From the NCBI GenBank assembly GCA_035429885.1, contig DAOMFR010000019.1, positions 67-64,066 on the forward strand: 64,000 nucleotides of DNA. Reading direction: 5' to 3'. Within the stretch, counting starts at the first letter, position 1, and each line of letters starts with the position of its first letter. The stretch is from Blastocatellia bacterium. GTDB lineage: Bacteria; Acidobacteriota; Blastocatellia; RBC074. The position numbers and the translations under genes are program-made. The notes under the pieces are model-generated. The model worked only from the letters and a program-made list of their open reading frames with translations. It was not told where the DNA came from and made no database searches. This document shows positions 42,660 to 52,577 of the stretch, in pieces.

Positions 42660-44015
42660 ATGCCAATTGCAACTCCAGTAACTCCGGAGGCCGAGCCGCT
42701 GCATCGGGTCTCCGCTGATCAAATACTGCACCGTCTGCGCGAAATGTTCGGCGAAGATCGCGCTCGCGTTGTCACTGGCGACAACTTCAAAGTCGTTGAA
42801 GAAACGGAACGCGTCGTCGCTTTTCCGCACACCCTGGAAGAACTGACGGAAATCCTGAAGCTGGCAGAACGCGAACGCTGGCGAGTGATTCCGGCTGGCG
42901 CGGGAACCTGGCTGACCGTGGGAAATCGTCCCGTACAGTTTCAGCTTGTCGTTTCGACGGAGAAGATGAATCGCGTGCTGGAATACGAACCCGCCGATCT
43001 GACTGCGACGGTTCAGGCTGGCTGTTCGCTGGCAGAGTTCAACCGGCAAGCTGCCCAGCATCGGCAATTCATTCCGCTGGATCCGTTCGGTGATGCGAAC
43101 TCCACGCTCGGAGGAATCATCGCAACGGCCAGCAGCGGGCCAATGCGTTGCGGATATGGAACTCCCCGTGATTGGCTCATCGGCATTCGCGTCGTTCATC
43201 CGAACGGAGGCGTGACCAAAGCTGGCGGCAAAGTTGTTAAAAACGTGGCTGGTTACGATTTGTGCAAGTTGTACACTGGCAGCTTCGGTTCGCTGGCCGT
43301 CTTTGCCGAGATGAGTTTCAAGCTGCGCGCCTTGCCGTCTGCGGAAAAAACGCTGGTGTTTTACGCTGCGGATGCCGAAAGTCTGTGCTGGCTGGCGCTG
43401 CGGATCAGCGATTCCGATGTGCAGCCTGCGGCGATGGAATTGATTTCTCCGTCTGCCGATCTAAGTTTGCCGCTTGACGCTCGACGCTTTGCCCTGGTGC
43501 TTCGGTTTCTGAACGAAACCGAAACCGTGGAATTTCAATTGAACGAAGCCGCTCGTATCGGTCACGATTTCGAACGAACGGTGATGAGCGATGCTGACGC
43601 GGAAGCGTTTTGGACGGCTTACCACGAAACAGAAACTGATGACCTGTGGGCATACAATCTGCGGTTGAGCGCGTTGCCAGCCGATTTGAACGATGTGGTG
43701 AAAGATGTCGGCCAGTTTTTGCCCCAGTCAGTCTGGCGCGCGCACGCAGGCAATGGCGTGTTGCGCGTGCTGGCCAAAGAAGATTTGTTTGAAGGATTGC
43801 AAACCAAACGCCGCCCGAAATTCATTTCCGAACTTCGACAATTAACCCAGGCGCGCGGCGGTCAATTGGTGATGCTCAACGCGCCGCAAATGCTCAAGGA
43901 TCAACTGGACACCTGGGGCGAAGTCGGCTCGATTTCCAGATTGATGCGCGAATTAAAAAACCGGTTTGATCCTGACGCGCAACTCAGTCCGGGAAGATTT
44001 ATCGGGGGCATTTGA
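42660..44015 (+). CDS. glcE: FAD-binding oxidoreductase, GlcE-like glycolate oxidase subunit
   Basis: FPHTLEELTEILKLAERERWRVIPAGAGTWLTVGN, GGIIATASSGPMRCGYGTPRDWLIGIRVVHPNGGVTKAGGKVVKNVAGYDLCKLYTGSFGSLAVFAEMSFKL. Confidence 0.85.
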   Translation: MPIATPVTPEAEPLHRVSADQILHRLREMFGEDRARVVTGDNFKVVEETERVVAFPHTLEELTEILKLAERERWRVIPAGAGTWLTVGNRPVQFQLVVSTEKMNRVLEYEPADLTATVQAGCSLAEFNRQAAQHRQFIPLDPFGDANSTLGGIIATASSGPMRCGYGTPRDWLIGIRVVHPNGGVTKAGGKVVKNVAGYDLCKLYTGSFGSLAVFAEMSFKLRALPSAEKTLVFYAADAESLCWLALRISDSDVQPAAMELISPSADLSLPLDARRFALVLRFLNETETVEFQLNEAARIGHDFERTVMSDADAEAFWTAYHETETDDLWAYNLRLSALPADLNDVVKDVGQFLPQSVWRAHAGNGVLRVLAKEDLFEGLQTKRRPKFISELRQLTQARGGQLVMLNAPQMLKDQLDTWGEVGSISRLMRELKNRFDPDAQLSPGRFIGGI

Positions 44016-44055
44016 TTCATTTTTTGAGCATTCGCGACAGAAGAGTAGATAACCA

Positions 44056-45240
44056 ATGATTGCTTCCGCCAACCACGACGTTTCACTGGTGTTCATCGAG
44101 TTGGGAGCAGCGGTAATCGGCTTGGCGATGTTGGCGCGTCTGGCCAGTCGCTGGGGATTTTCGGCAATTCCGCTGTATTTGATTGCCGGTTTGGCATTCG
44201 GCAATGGCGGCATTGCGCCTTTGAATTTCAGTGAAAACTTCATCGGTTTTGCCGGAGAAGTCGGCGTTCTGTTGTTGCTGTTTATGCTCGGCCTGGAATA
44301 CACGGGCGAAGAGTTGATGGCCAACTTGCGCGTCGGGCTTCCGGCTGGCTTGATGGATTTCGCGCTGAACTTCACGCCGGGATTGTTGGCGGGATTATTG
44401 CTTGGGTGGCAGCCGCTGGCGGCGTTGTTGTTGGGCGGTGTTACGTATATTTCCTCTTCCGGCGTGATTGCCAAAGTGTTGGGAGAGTTGGGTTGGTTGA
44501 ACAATTCGGAAACGCCGACGGTTCTTTCGATTTTGGTGATTGAAGATTTGGCGATGGCGGTTTATCTGCCTTTGATTGCCGTCTTGTTGATCGGGCAAAG
44601 CTTTGTTACCGGATTGATTTCGATATTGATCGCACTTGCCACCGTTGGAGTGGTGTTGTTTTTGGCTGTGCGATATGGCGATTCAATCAGCCGGGTTGCG
44701 GCGCACGAATCAAACGAGATCATCTTGCTAACGACATTTGGCGCAGTGTTGTTGGTCGCTGGCATCGCGCAACGCTTACAGGTTTCGTCAGCAGTGGGCG
44801 CGTTTTTGGTTGGAATTGCGCTATCTGGGCCTTTGGCAAAACGAGCACATCACCTGGTTGGCCCGTTGCGAGATTTGTTTGCCGCCCAGTTCTTTTTCTT
44901 TTTTGGATTGCAGATTAACCCGGCGACGTTACCGCCTGTTTTGCTGCTCGCGTTGAGCCTGGGGATCGTCACTGCGTTGACGAAAATTCTGACCGGTTGG
45001 TGGGCAGCTCGTCGAGCCGGAATCGAACGAAAAGGTCAATGGCGTGCTGGCGCTGCCTTGGTCGCTCGCGGCGAATTTTCTATCGTCATTGCCGGGCTCG
45101 GAGTTCACGCAGGATTGGAACCTCGCTTGAGTTCGTTGTCGGCGGCTTACGTTTTGTTTCTGGCTGTGTTGGGGCCGATTTTGGCACGAACCATTGAACC
45201 GTTGTTGGATGTTGTCACTCGCAAAAAAGCGAGTAACTGA
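44056..45240 (+). CDS. CPA2-type cation:proton antiporter membrane domain protein
   Basis: FIELGAAVIGLAMLARLASRWGFSAIPLYLIAGLAFG, LLLFMLGLEYTGEEL, LLGGVTYISSSGVIAKVLGELGWL, SAVGAFLVGIALSG; about 11-12 TM segments. Confidence 0.9.
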   Translation: MIASANHDVSLVFIELGAAVIGLAMLARLASRWGFSAIPLYLIAGLAFGNGGIAPLNFSENFIGFAGEVGVLLLLFMLGLEYTGEELMANLRVGLPAGLMDFALNFTPGLLAGLLLGWQPLAALLLGGVTYISSSGVIAKVLGELGWLNNSETPTVLSILVIEDLAMAVYLPLIAVLLIGQSFVTGLISILIALATVGVVLFLAVRYGDSISRVAAHESNEIILLTTFGAVLLVAGIAQRLQVSSAVGAFLVGIALSGPLAKRAHHLVGPLRDLFAAQFFFFFGLQINPATLPPVLLLALSLGIVTALTKILTGWWAARRAGIERKGQWRAGAALVARGEFSIVIAGLGVHAGLEPRLSSLSAAYVLFLAVLGPILARTIEPLLDVVTRKKASN

Positions 45241-45283
45241 GATGTTTATCTACTTCCAGCATCGCCTGGATTAGGGAGAAGTT

Positions 45284-45457
45284 ATGCCGAATCCATTTTG
45301 GGTTTCCGCCACCGCGGCGACGGTCAAAACGTTATCCAAGAAATGCCCGCATTGCGGTAAGCGCGCTTCGTATCCGCGCAAAGAACAAGGGCAGTTTTAC
45401 ACCTGCAAGTACTGTGGTCACCGATTCAAGGAGTATGATTCGTCGGGAAAAAAATGA
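45284..45457 (+). CDS. 57-aa zinc-ribbon mini-protein (absent from the ORF track)
   Basis: My translation: MPNPFWVSATAATVKTLSKKCPHCGKRASYPRKEQGQFYTCKYCGHRFKEYDSSGKK*. CPHCG/CKYCG pair; tagggaga upstream of ATG. Confidence 0.7.
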   Translation: MPNPFWVSATAATVKTLSKKCPHCGKRASYPRKEQGQFYTCKYCGHRFKEYDSSGKK

Positions 45458-45484
45458 TTCCGGCCAAGCATCCATTCAAATTTT

Positions 45485-46882
45485 ATGGCTCTGAACACAT
45501 CTCTTCACACGGCGCTGGACGCCGAGATGGATAAAATTCTGGGTTGCATTCACTGCGGTTTGTGTTTGCCAGCCTGCCCCACGTATCAACAAGTCGGCAA
45601 CGAAAACGACAGTCCGCGCGGACGCATTTACCTGATGCGCTCCGTCGCCGAAGGCCGCCTGGATGTGCAAGCGCCAGCCTTCGCTCGTCACATTGACCTA
45701 TGTCTGGGGTGCCGAGCTTGCGAAACGGCTTGCCCCGCTGGCGTGAAATACGGCTATCTGCTGGAACACGCCCGCGAAACCATCAACCACGAGGGTAAGA
45801 AGAACAGCGGTGGTTTTCAGAAGTGGATGCTGAATCTGGCGCTGCGCCACATCTTCCCATATCCGAATCGGTTGAAATCTGTTTTCGCTGTGAGCCGCTT
45901 GATGCGCGACAACGGTTTGATGAAGTGGGCTTATGCCAGTGGCTTGGTTCGCAAAGTGTCGAAGAAAGCCGACTTCGCGTTATCGCTATTGATGACGACA
46001 GCTCCAACTCGGAGAGACGGAGCAATTGCAGGGCAGAGCGTTGGGGAGGCAAAAGCCCCTACCCAACACCTAACACCCAGCACCAAACACCTAAAACCTG
46101 TTTCCGTCTTCACTGGTTGCGTGATGGAAGGATTGTTCAAACACGCCAATGACGCCACCAAGCGCGTGCTGACGGTCAACAATTGCCAAAACATCGAAGT
46201 TGCCAAGCAGGTTTGCTGCGGAGCCCTGCACGCACATTCGGGTGATTTGGAAACGGCGCGCAAACTGGCGCGGCAAAACATTGATGCCTTTGAACGGTTT
46301 TTGACTTCCGATCACAACCCGACGAACCCAGCCACGATCATCATCAATGCCGCTGGCTGCGGTGCCTTGCTGAAAGAATACGGCGACTTGTTGAAAGACG
46401 ATCCTGCCTACGCGGAGCGCGCTGTGAACTTCAGCCGCCACGTCAAAGACGCCACCGAATATCTGGCTGCTGACGAGATCCGCCCCGGAGCCGAAATCAA
46501 AGAAGCTGTGACGATGGACGCGCCCTGCCATTTGTACCACGCCCAGCGAGTAATGACCGCTCCGCAAAAAGTGCTGACTTCGATTCCCGGGGTCGAATAC
46601 CGCCAACTCGAAGGCATGCAGGATTGCTGCGGAGGCGCAGGCATTTACAACCTCAGCGAACCCGAAATGTCCGAAGGCATTCTTTCTGACAAGATCGAAA
46701 AAGTGAAAGCCACCGGCGCAAAGGTTCTGGTGACAGCCAACCCCGGCTGCCACATGCAACTTGGCGCTGGCGCGCGAATGTTCAACGCCGATTGCCAGGT
46801 CGTTCACGTTGTTGAATTGCTGGATGAATCGTACCGGAAGGCAGGCTTTTATCAGCAACCGGACTCAGGCAAACAAGGTTAA
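45485..46882 (+). CDS. glcF: glycolate oxidase iron-sulfur subunit
   Basis: CIHCGLCLPACPTYQQVGNENDSPRGRIYLMRSVAEG, CLGCRACETACPAGVKYG, CCF motifs VFTGCVMEGLF..CCGALHAHSG and GMQDCCGGAGIYNLS. Confidence 0.92.
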   Translation: MALNTSLHTALDAEMDKILGCIHCGLCLPACPTYQQVGNENDSPRGRIYLMRSVAEGRLDVQAPAFARHIDLCLGCRACETACPAGVKYGYLLEHARETINHEGKKNSGGFQKWMLNLALRHIFPYPNRLKSVFAVSRLMRDNGLMKWAYASGLVRKVSKKADFALSLLMTTAPTRRDGAIAGQSVGEAKAPTQHLTPSTKHLKPVSVFTGCVMEGLFKHANDATKRVLTVNNCQNIEVAKQVCCGALHAHSGDLETARKLARQNIDAFERFLTSDHNPTNPATIIINAAGCGALLKEYGDLLKDDPAYAERAVNFSRHVKDATEYLAADEIRPGAEIKEAVTMDAPCHLYHAQRVMTAPQKVLTSIPGVEYRQLEGMQDCCGGAGIYNLSEPEMSEGILSDKIEKVKATGAKVLVTANPGCHMQLGAGARMFNADCQVVHVVELLDESYRKAGFYQQPDSGKQG

Positions 46883-47048
46883 AACGGCAAAAAAACGATT
46901 TGCCTGCTGGTAATTATTTTTTTTCTGCGTGAGGGAATTTGTGCAGAAATTGCGGTTAATTAAATTGAGGCGGCTCAATCGGGAAAATTGCATAAAGATA
47001 GATTGGGTCGTTTGCAAGTAAAACATTGATCGAGGACCTTGACCTGAA

Positions 47049-48200
47049 ATGCATAACAGGATTCTCGTTGTAGATGACGAACCCGACCTCGAAATTCTGA
47101 TTACCCAACGATTTCGCAAGCGCATTCGCGCCGAAGAACTCAGCTTTCTTTTTGCCAGCAATGGCGAAGAAGCACTCGCCCAATTGCAATCTGATCATCA
47201 TGTTGATGTCGTGTTGACCGACATCAACATGCCTGTGATGGATGGCCTGACACTGTTGTCGCGCTTGCGTGAGGCGCATCCGTTATTGCGTTCGGTGATT
47301 GTCTCAGCGTATGGCGATATGCCGAACATCCGCACGGCGCTCAACCGCGGCGCCTTTGATTTCATCACCAAGCCGATTGATTTTCAGGATTTGGAAATTA
47401 CGCTCGACCGCGCGATTGCCGAATCCATCGAGCGCAAACAAGCGGCGCAAGATCGTGACCGCTTGCTTAAACTCAGCCGCGAACTTGAACTCGCCCGCAA
47501 CATTCAATCGGCGCTTGTCCCGCATACATTCCCGCAACACGAACGCCTGTCGGTGTACGGCTCGATGATTCCGGCGGCGGAAGTCGGCGGCGATCTGTTT
47601 GATTGTTTTCTGCTTGATGACCACCGGCTGGCCTTCACCATCGGCGATGTGTCGGGCAAAGGCATTGCGGCGGCGCTGTTTATGGCCGTCAGCCGCACAG
47701 TTTTGCGCGTAGCTGCCAAGAAAGGCTTGTCACCGCAAGACTGCCTGCTGGAAGCGCACCAGTTTCTGCACGGCGAGCGCCGCGCTACGTCGCATTTCGT
47801 CACCTGTTTTTACGGCATTCTCGATCTGGCGACCGGGCAACTGGAATACAGCCGCGCCGGACACAATCCGCCGTATCTGGTGCGTGGCGATCAGGTGCAA
47901 ACGCTGGATGCGGCGAGCGGATTGCCGCTGGGTATGCTGCGGCGCGTGAACTATGACACGGCGACGGTGCAGCTTGTGGCGGGCGATACGCTGTTGATGT
48001 TTACCGACGGCATCACCGAAGCGATGAATCCTCGCCAGGAAGAATATGGCGAAGATCGGCTGGTGCAATTGCTGAGCGAGCGAGCGTCGTCATTGAGCGT
48101 CGAGGAATTAGTGCAGGCGGTGACGCACGAAGCGACCGCGTTCGCCGAGGGCGCACCGGCTTCGGATGACATGACCGTGCTGGGCGTGCGGTATCTATGA
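47049..48200 (+). CDS. response regulator fused to PP2C/SpoIIE-type phosphatase (RsbU-like)
   Basis: REC: RILVVDDEPDLEILI..VVLTDINMPVMDGLTLL..ITKPIDF; phosphatase: LELARNIQSALVPHTFP..AAEVGGDLFDCF..FTIGDVSGKGIAAALFMA..GHNPPYLV..LLMFTDGITEAMN. Confidence 0.95.
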   Translation: MHNRILVVDDEPDLEILITQRFRKRIRAEELSFLFASNGEEALAQLQSDHHVDVVLTDINMPVMDGLTLLSRLREAHPLLRSVIVSAYGDMPNIRTALNRGAFDFITKPIDFQDLEITLDRAIAESIERKQAAQDRDRLLKLSRELELARNIQSALVPHTFPQHERLSVYGSMIPAAEVGGDLFDCFLLDDHRLAFTIGDVSGKGIAAALFMAVSRTVLRVAAKKGLSPQDCLLEAHQFLHGERRATSHFVTCFYGILDLATGQLEYSRAGHNPPYLVRGDQVQTLDAASGLPLGMLRRVNYDTATVQLVAGDTLLMFTDGITEAMNPRQEEYGEDRLVQLLSERASSLSVEELVQAVTHEATAFAEGAPASDDMTVLGVRYL

Positions 48201-48202
48201 TC

Positions 48203-48305
48203 TGGGTACGCCCGCGCCCTCGCGGGCTGCCTTCGCCGTAGGGCGTCCGCGTATCCACAAAAAGTCTTTGCCGCACGCCTGCCCGCGAGGGCGCGGGCGC
48301 ACCCA
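48203..48305. repeat. long GC-rich inverted repeat (REP/hairpin-like)
   Basis: Arms 48203-48227 tgggtacgcccgcgccctcgcgggc and 48281-48305 gcccgcgagggcgcgggcgcaccca pair at 24/25 positions. Confidence 0.8.
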
Positions 48306-48315
48306 GTGAGAAACG

Positions 48316-51300
48316 ATGAGACACACAACCTTTACCATCGCCATCATTCTTTGTCTGTTGTTGCCCGCACAAGGGCAAACGACTCCATCCGCATCAGACC
48401 GCCGCGCTAAAGAAGCGGGGTTGCCTTTTATCTCGTGGTTCAGCGCGCAGGAATATCAAGGCTCGTCGCAGGTGTTCTCGCTCGCGCAAGATGATCGCGG
48501 AGTGCTGTACCTGGGTTATGGCGATGGAATCGGGGAATACGACGGCAACACATGGCGCAGGATTGCAACTCCGCACAACGCCGTGATCAGAGCACTTGCC
48601 AAAGGACAGGATGGCCGGATTTATGCGGGGGAAATTGGAGATTTCGGTTATCTAGCGCCTGACCAACAAGGAACCATGCGATTTGTTTCCTTGCTCGAAT
48701 TTGTCCCGCTGGGTGAACGCGAGTTTCAGAGCATTGAACGAATTCAGGTTACACCGGAAGGAATATATTTTCGTGCCCCGGAACGGCTCTTTCGGGTTAC
48801 TCCAGACGGCAAAGGCTGGCGTGTCAAAAGCTGGAAGTCGAAGACACCAATGAATTTTTCGGCGTATGCCTTTGACACTTTGTATGTCAACATTTCAGGT
48901 GTTGGGTTGCATCGCCTGACGGGCGACAACCTTGAACCGCTGGCTTTGCCAGGGCTGAAAAATCATAACGAGTTGCGTCTGATGTTTATGTTGCCGTTCC
49001 CGGATGGGCAAAACGGCAAACCTCGACAGCTTTTGCTCGGATATCGGACTGGAGAGCTTTTCGTGATGGACGAAAGCGGAGTGCGCCCGTTTGTCACTGA
49101 GGCTACGCCATTGTTGAAAAAGCTGCTGCTCACGAATGCAATCAGACTGAAGGATGGCTCATTCGGGCTAGGAACGTTAACCGGGGGCTTTTTCATTCTG
49201 GAACCGAGTGGAAAGGTGCGACGCTATCTGGATCGCGCGGCGGGCATTCAATCAGAAGGTGTGCTGTCGGCGCTGGAAGATCAGGCCGGAACCGTCTGGT
49301 TGGGGTTGCAAAGTGGACTGGCCAAAGTCGAACTCGCTTCGCCATTGACTGAGTTTGGACGCGCGACCGGGTTTTCAGGTTCTGTAGTGGGCATCGCCCG
49401 ATATCGCGGAGATTTGTATGTGACGACGATTACGGGCGGGTTATGGCGGTTGGATATCGCAACCGGTAAATTTCAACAAGTGCCGGGTTATCCTTTTCAG
49501 GAAGTGCTGGGCTTGTTGCAATTCAAGGATAGCTTGCTAACGGCTGGGGCGGGTGACGGGATTATTGAATTAAGAGGCAATCGAATCCAGCCGATCCCCT
49601 TAAGCAAAAGCACCGGTAAAAACTTTCTTTTCGCGGCACCCTCTCGATACGACCCTAACCGGGTTTGGACTGGTGGTAACACGGGCTTTTTTTCGCTGCG
49701 TTGGGCTGGTGAAGGGCGTTGGGTGGATGAAGGCCTGGTGGCGAAACTCTCTGCCGTTCCGCGCTCTATTGTTGAACCAGAACCGGGAACGATCTGGGTT
49801 GGCACCGAATCGCAAGGCGTTGTGCGCATTCGTTTGCAAGGCAATTCATTCGCCAACCCAAAGGTCGAATATTTTGGCCAGGCGCAGGGCTTGGCAGATG
49901 ACGGCGGCGTCAGTGTGCATTTGATTGACGGGCACATCCTGTTTGCTTCGCCCAGAGGGTTGCGAGAGTTTGATGAAGCCAGCGGGCGTTTTGTCGAATC
50001 GAAGCTCTTTGGCGCGATTCCGAGAGGTGGATTGCCGGAAGAATATAACGTCAGCACGACGCCACAGGGCGACATCTGGGTGAATTTCGGCGTGCGGCCT
50101 ATGCTGTTGCGGCGGCAAAGCGATGGCACTTACAAGATCGAAGAAAACCTGCTGGGACGCATCAGCAATGGTTTGGTTGTTTGGATTCACGCCGACCCGG
50201 ATGGAGTGTTGTGGATGGGAGGAACCGACAAGATTTACCGATACGACCCGGCTAAGGCCTCGAATCGTACGGTCGCCGTTCCAGCGCTGGTGCGGCGTGT
50301 GACGGCGGGCGAGCAGGGCAATCTGTTGCTCTATGCCGGAAGCGGCAATGCGACAGACAGGCTGCCCACCAGCTTGGCCTTTCGCGACAATTCGTTACGG
50401 TTTGAATATGCCGCCTCCAGTCTGGAAGACCCTGAACTCAATCAATTTCGCTCGATGCTGGAAGGGTTTGACCACGACTGGTCAAGCTGGACGCGCGAGA
50501 CGAAACGCGATTACACCAACCTGCCGCCCGGCACGTATCGCTTTCGCGTGAAGGCCAAAAATGCGTTAGGACAGGAAAGCCCCGAAGCCGAATACTCGCT
50601 GACAATTTTGCCGCCGTGGTATCGCACGTGGTGGGCGTACGGCGCTTATGCGTTTTTGCTGGCAGGGCTTGGATTCGCTGTCAGCCGCGTTCAACGGCGG
50701 CGCGTCGTCACCCGTGAGCGCGAAAAATCCGCGTTGCGCGAAGCCCAGTTGCGCGCTGAAACTGCTGCCGCGCAAGCCAAAACGCTGGAAGCCGAAGCCA
50801 AAACGCTGGCCGCTGAAAACGAACGCAACAAGAACGTCGAATTGCTCAGCGAAATCGGCAAAGACCTGACCTCTTCGCTTGATCTGGACACGATCTTTTT
50901 TCGCCTTTACGAACACGTCAATCAGTTGATGGACGCGACAATCTTTGGCGTCGGCTTGTACCATCCCGAACGCCACGAAATTGATTACAGGCTGGCGATG
51001 GAAAACGGCAAACGTTACGCGCCCTACACCCGCGACACACGCGACCGCTATCAGTTTCCGGTCTGGTGCATTGAGCATCGTCAGCCGGTCTTTCTCAATG
51101 ACGTGGCGAAGGAATATACCAAGTACATTGAGAAGTACGGCGAGACGTACCAAAAATTGGAAGACGGCGCGACGGCGACCGCGCCCGCTTCGATGATGTA
51201 CCTGCCGCTGATGATGAAAGACCGCGTGCTGGGCGTTATCACGGTGCAAAGTTTCAAGACGAACGCTTACACCGATTACCACCTTGATCTGCTGGAAAAC

Positions 51301-52170
51301 CTCGCGGCTTATACCTCGATTGCGCTCGACAACGCCGATGCTTACCACCACCTCAAGGCGACACAAGACCAGTTAGTGGTGCAGGAAAAACTGGCTTCGC
51401 TCGGCGCCTTGACCGCAGGCATCGCGCACGAGATCAAGAATCCGCTGAATTTCGTCAACAACTTCGCCGACCTGTCGGTCGAATTGATGGACGAATTGCG
51501 CGAAGACATCACCAAACACAAAGCCGCGATTCCGGACAAAGATTTCGAGAATATCGAAGACCTGCTCGATGATCTGACAGCCAATGCCAAAAAGATCAAC
51601 GAACACGGCAGGCGCGCCGACGGCATTGTGCGCAGCATGCTGCTGCATTCGCGCGGACAGGCGGGGGAACGCCAACCGACGGACATCAACGCGATGCTGG
51701 AAGAGTATGTGAACCTGACGTATCACGGCATGCGCGCGCAGGATTCCAGCTTCAACGTCACCATCGAACGCGCACTGGCAAACGATGCCGGTTCGGTCGA
51801 AGCGATTCCGCAAGACCTGAGCCGCGTGTTTCTGAATCTGCTGAACAACGCTTGTTATGCCGTGAATGATAAGGCCAAACGCAACGGCGCGGGCTTTGTG
51901 CCGAAGCTGCGCGTCGAATCACGCAATCTCGGTGATGCGGTGGAAGTGCGCATTCGCGACAACGGCATGGGCATTCCGCCCGAAGTGCGCGAGAAAATTT
52001 TCAACCCGTTTTTCACGACGAAGCCGACGGGGCAGGGCACAGGGCTTGGCCTTTCAATCAGTCACGACATCGTCGTGCAACAACACGGCGGGCAACTCGA
52101 AGTGGAAACCGAGCCGGGCGAATACACCGAATTTATCGTGCGCTTGCCGCGCAATGGGAGGAACACGTAA
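48316..52170 (+). CDS. two-component regulator propeller sensor histidine kinase (Reg_prop/Y_Y_Y - TM - GAF - HisKA/HATPase)
   Basis: Signal peptide; repeated propeller motifs ([35 protein letters not shown]); [57 protein letters not shown]; GAF-like region; [21 protein letters not shown]; [39 protein letters not shown]. Confidence 0.93.
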   Translation: MRHTTFTIAIILCLLLPAQGQTTPSASDRRAKEAGLPFISWFSAQEYQGSSQVFSLAQDDRGVLYLGYGDGIGEYDGNTWRRIATPHNAVIRALAKGQDGRIYAGEIGDFGYLAPDQQGTMRFVSLLEFVPLGEREFQSIERIQVTPEGIYFRAPERLFRVTPDGKGWRVKSWKSKTPMNFSAYAFDTLYVNISGVGLHRLTGDNLEPLALPGLKNHNELRLMFMLPFPDGQNGKPRQLLLGYRTGELFVMDESGVRPFVTEATPLLKKLLLTNAIRLKDGSFGLGTLTGGFFILEPSGKVRRYLDRAAGIQSEGVLSALEDQAGTVWLGLQSGLAKVELASPLTEFGRATGFSGSVVGIARYRGDLYVTTITGGLWRLDIATGKFQQVPGYPFQEVLGLLQFKDSLLTAGAGDGIIELRGNRIQPIPLSKSTGKNFLFAAPSRYDPNRVWTGGNTGFFSLRWAGEGRWVDEGLVAKLSAVPRSIVEPEPGTIWVGTESQGVVRIRLQGNSFANPKVEYFGQAQGLADDGGVSVHLIDGHILFASPRGLREFDEASGRFVESKLFGAIPRGGLPEEYNVSTTPQGDIWVNFGVRPMLLRRQSDGTYKIEENLLGRISNGLVVWIHADPDGVLWMGGTDKIYRYDPAKASNRTVAVPALVRRVTAGEQGNLLLYAGSGNATDRLPTSLAFRDNSLRFEYAASSLEDPELNQFRSMLEGFDHDWSSWTRETKRDYTNLPPGTYRFRVKAKNALGQESPEAEYSLTILPPWYRTWWAYGAYAFLLAGLGFAVSRVQRRRVVTREREKSALREAQLRAETAAAQAKTLEAEAKTLAAENERNKNVELLSEIGKDLTSSLDLDTIFFRLYEHVNQLMDATIFGVGLYHPERHEIDYRLAMENGKRYAPYTRDTRDRYQFPVWCIEHRQPVFLNDVAKEYTKYIEKYGETYQKLEDGATATAPASMMYLPLMMKDRVLGVITVQSFKTNAYTDYHLDLLENLAAYTSIALDNADAYHHLKATQDQLVVQEKLASLGALTAGIAHEIKNPLNFVNNFADLSVELMDELREDITKHKAAIPDKDFENIEDLLDDLTANAKKINEHGRRADGIVRSMLLHSRGQAGERQPTDINAMLEEYVNLTYHGMRAQDSSFNVTIERALANDAGSVEAIPQDLSRVFLNLLNNACYAVNDKAKRNGAGFVPKLRVESRNLGDAVEVRIRDNGMGIPPEVREKIFNPFFTTKPTGQGTGLGLSISHDIVVQQHGGQLEVETEPGEYTEFIVRLPRNGRNT

Positions 52171-52532
52171 TGAAAGTGATGGTCGTAGACGACGAAGCCG
52201 ATGTCCGAACGCTGTTTGAGCAACGCTTTCGCCGCGAAGTGCGCGACGGCAAGATCGATTTTTGCTTTGCGCTTTCTGGCGAAGAAGCCTTGTCTTTGCT
52301 GGAACACCGTGTCAGCGAGGTTTCCCTGATTCTTTCGGACATCAATATGCCGGGGATGAACGGCCTGGATTTGCTCAAAGCCATCAAGGAAAAACATCGG
52401 CATTTGAAGGTGTATCTGATCACGGCGTATGGCAGCGCGGAATATCAGCAACTGGCGTTGACCTATGGTTGCGATGATTACTTTACCAAACCGCTGGATT
52501 TCGGCGTGCTCAAGGAAAAGCTGCAAGTCTGA
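52170..52532 (+). CDS. single-domain response regulator
   Basis: [64 protein letters not shown]; TAATG junction with the kinase gene. Confidence 0.95.
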   Translation: MKVMVVDDEADVRTLFEQRFRREVRDGKIDFCFALSGEEALSLLEHRVSEVSLILSDINMPGMNGLDLLKAIKEKHRHLKVYLITAYGSAEYQQLALTYGCDDYFTKPLDFGVLKEKLQV

Positions 52533-52577
52533 ATCCCGCAAGCGATGATTCTGCGCTCTCTAAGCGGCACTCAATAG

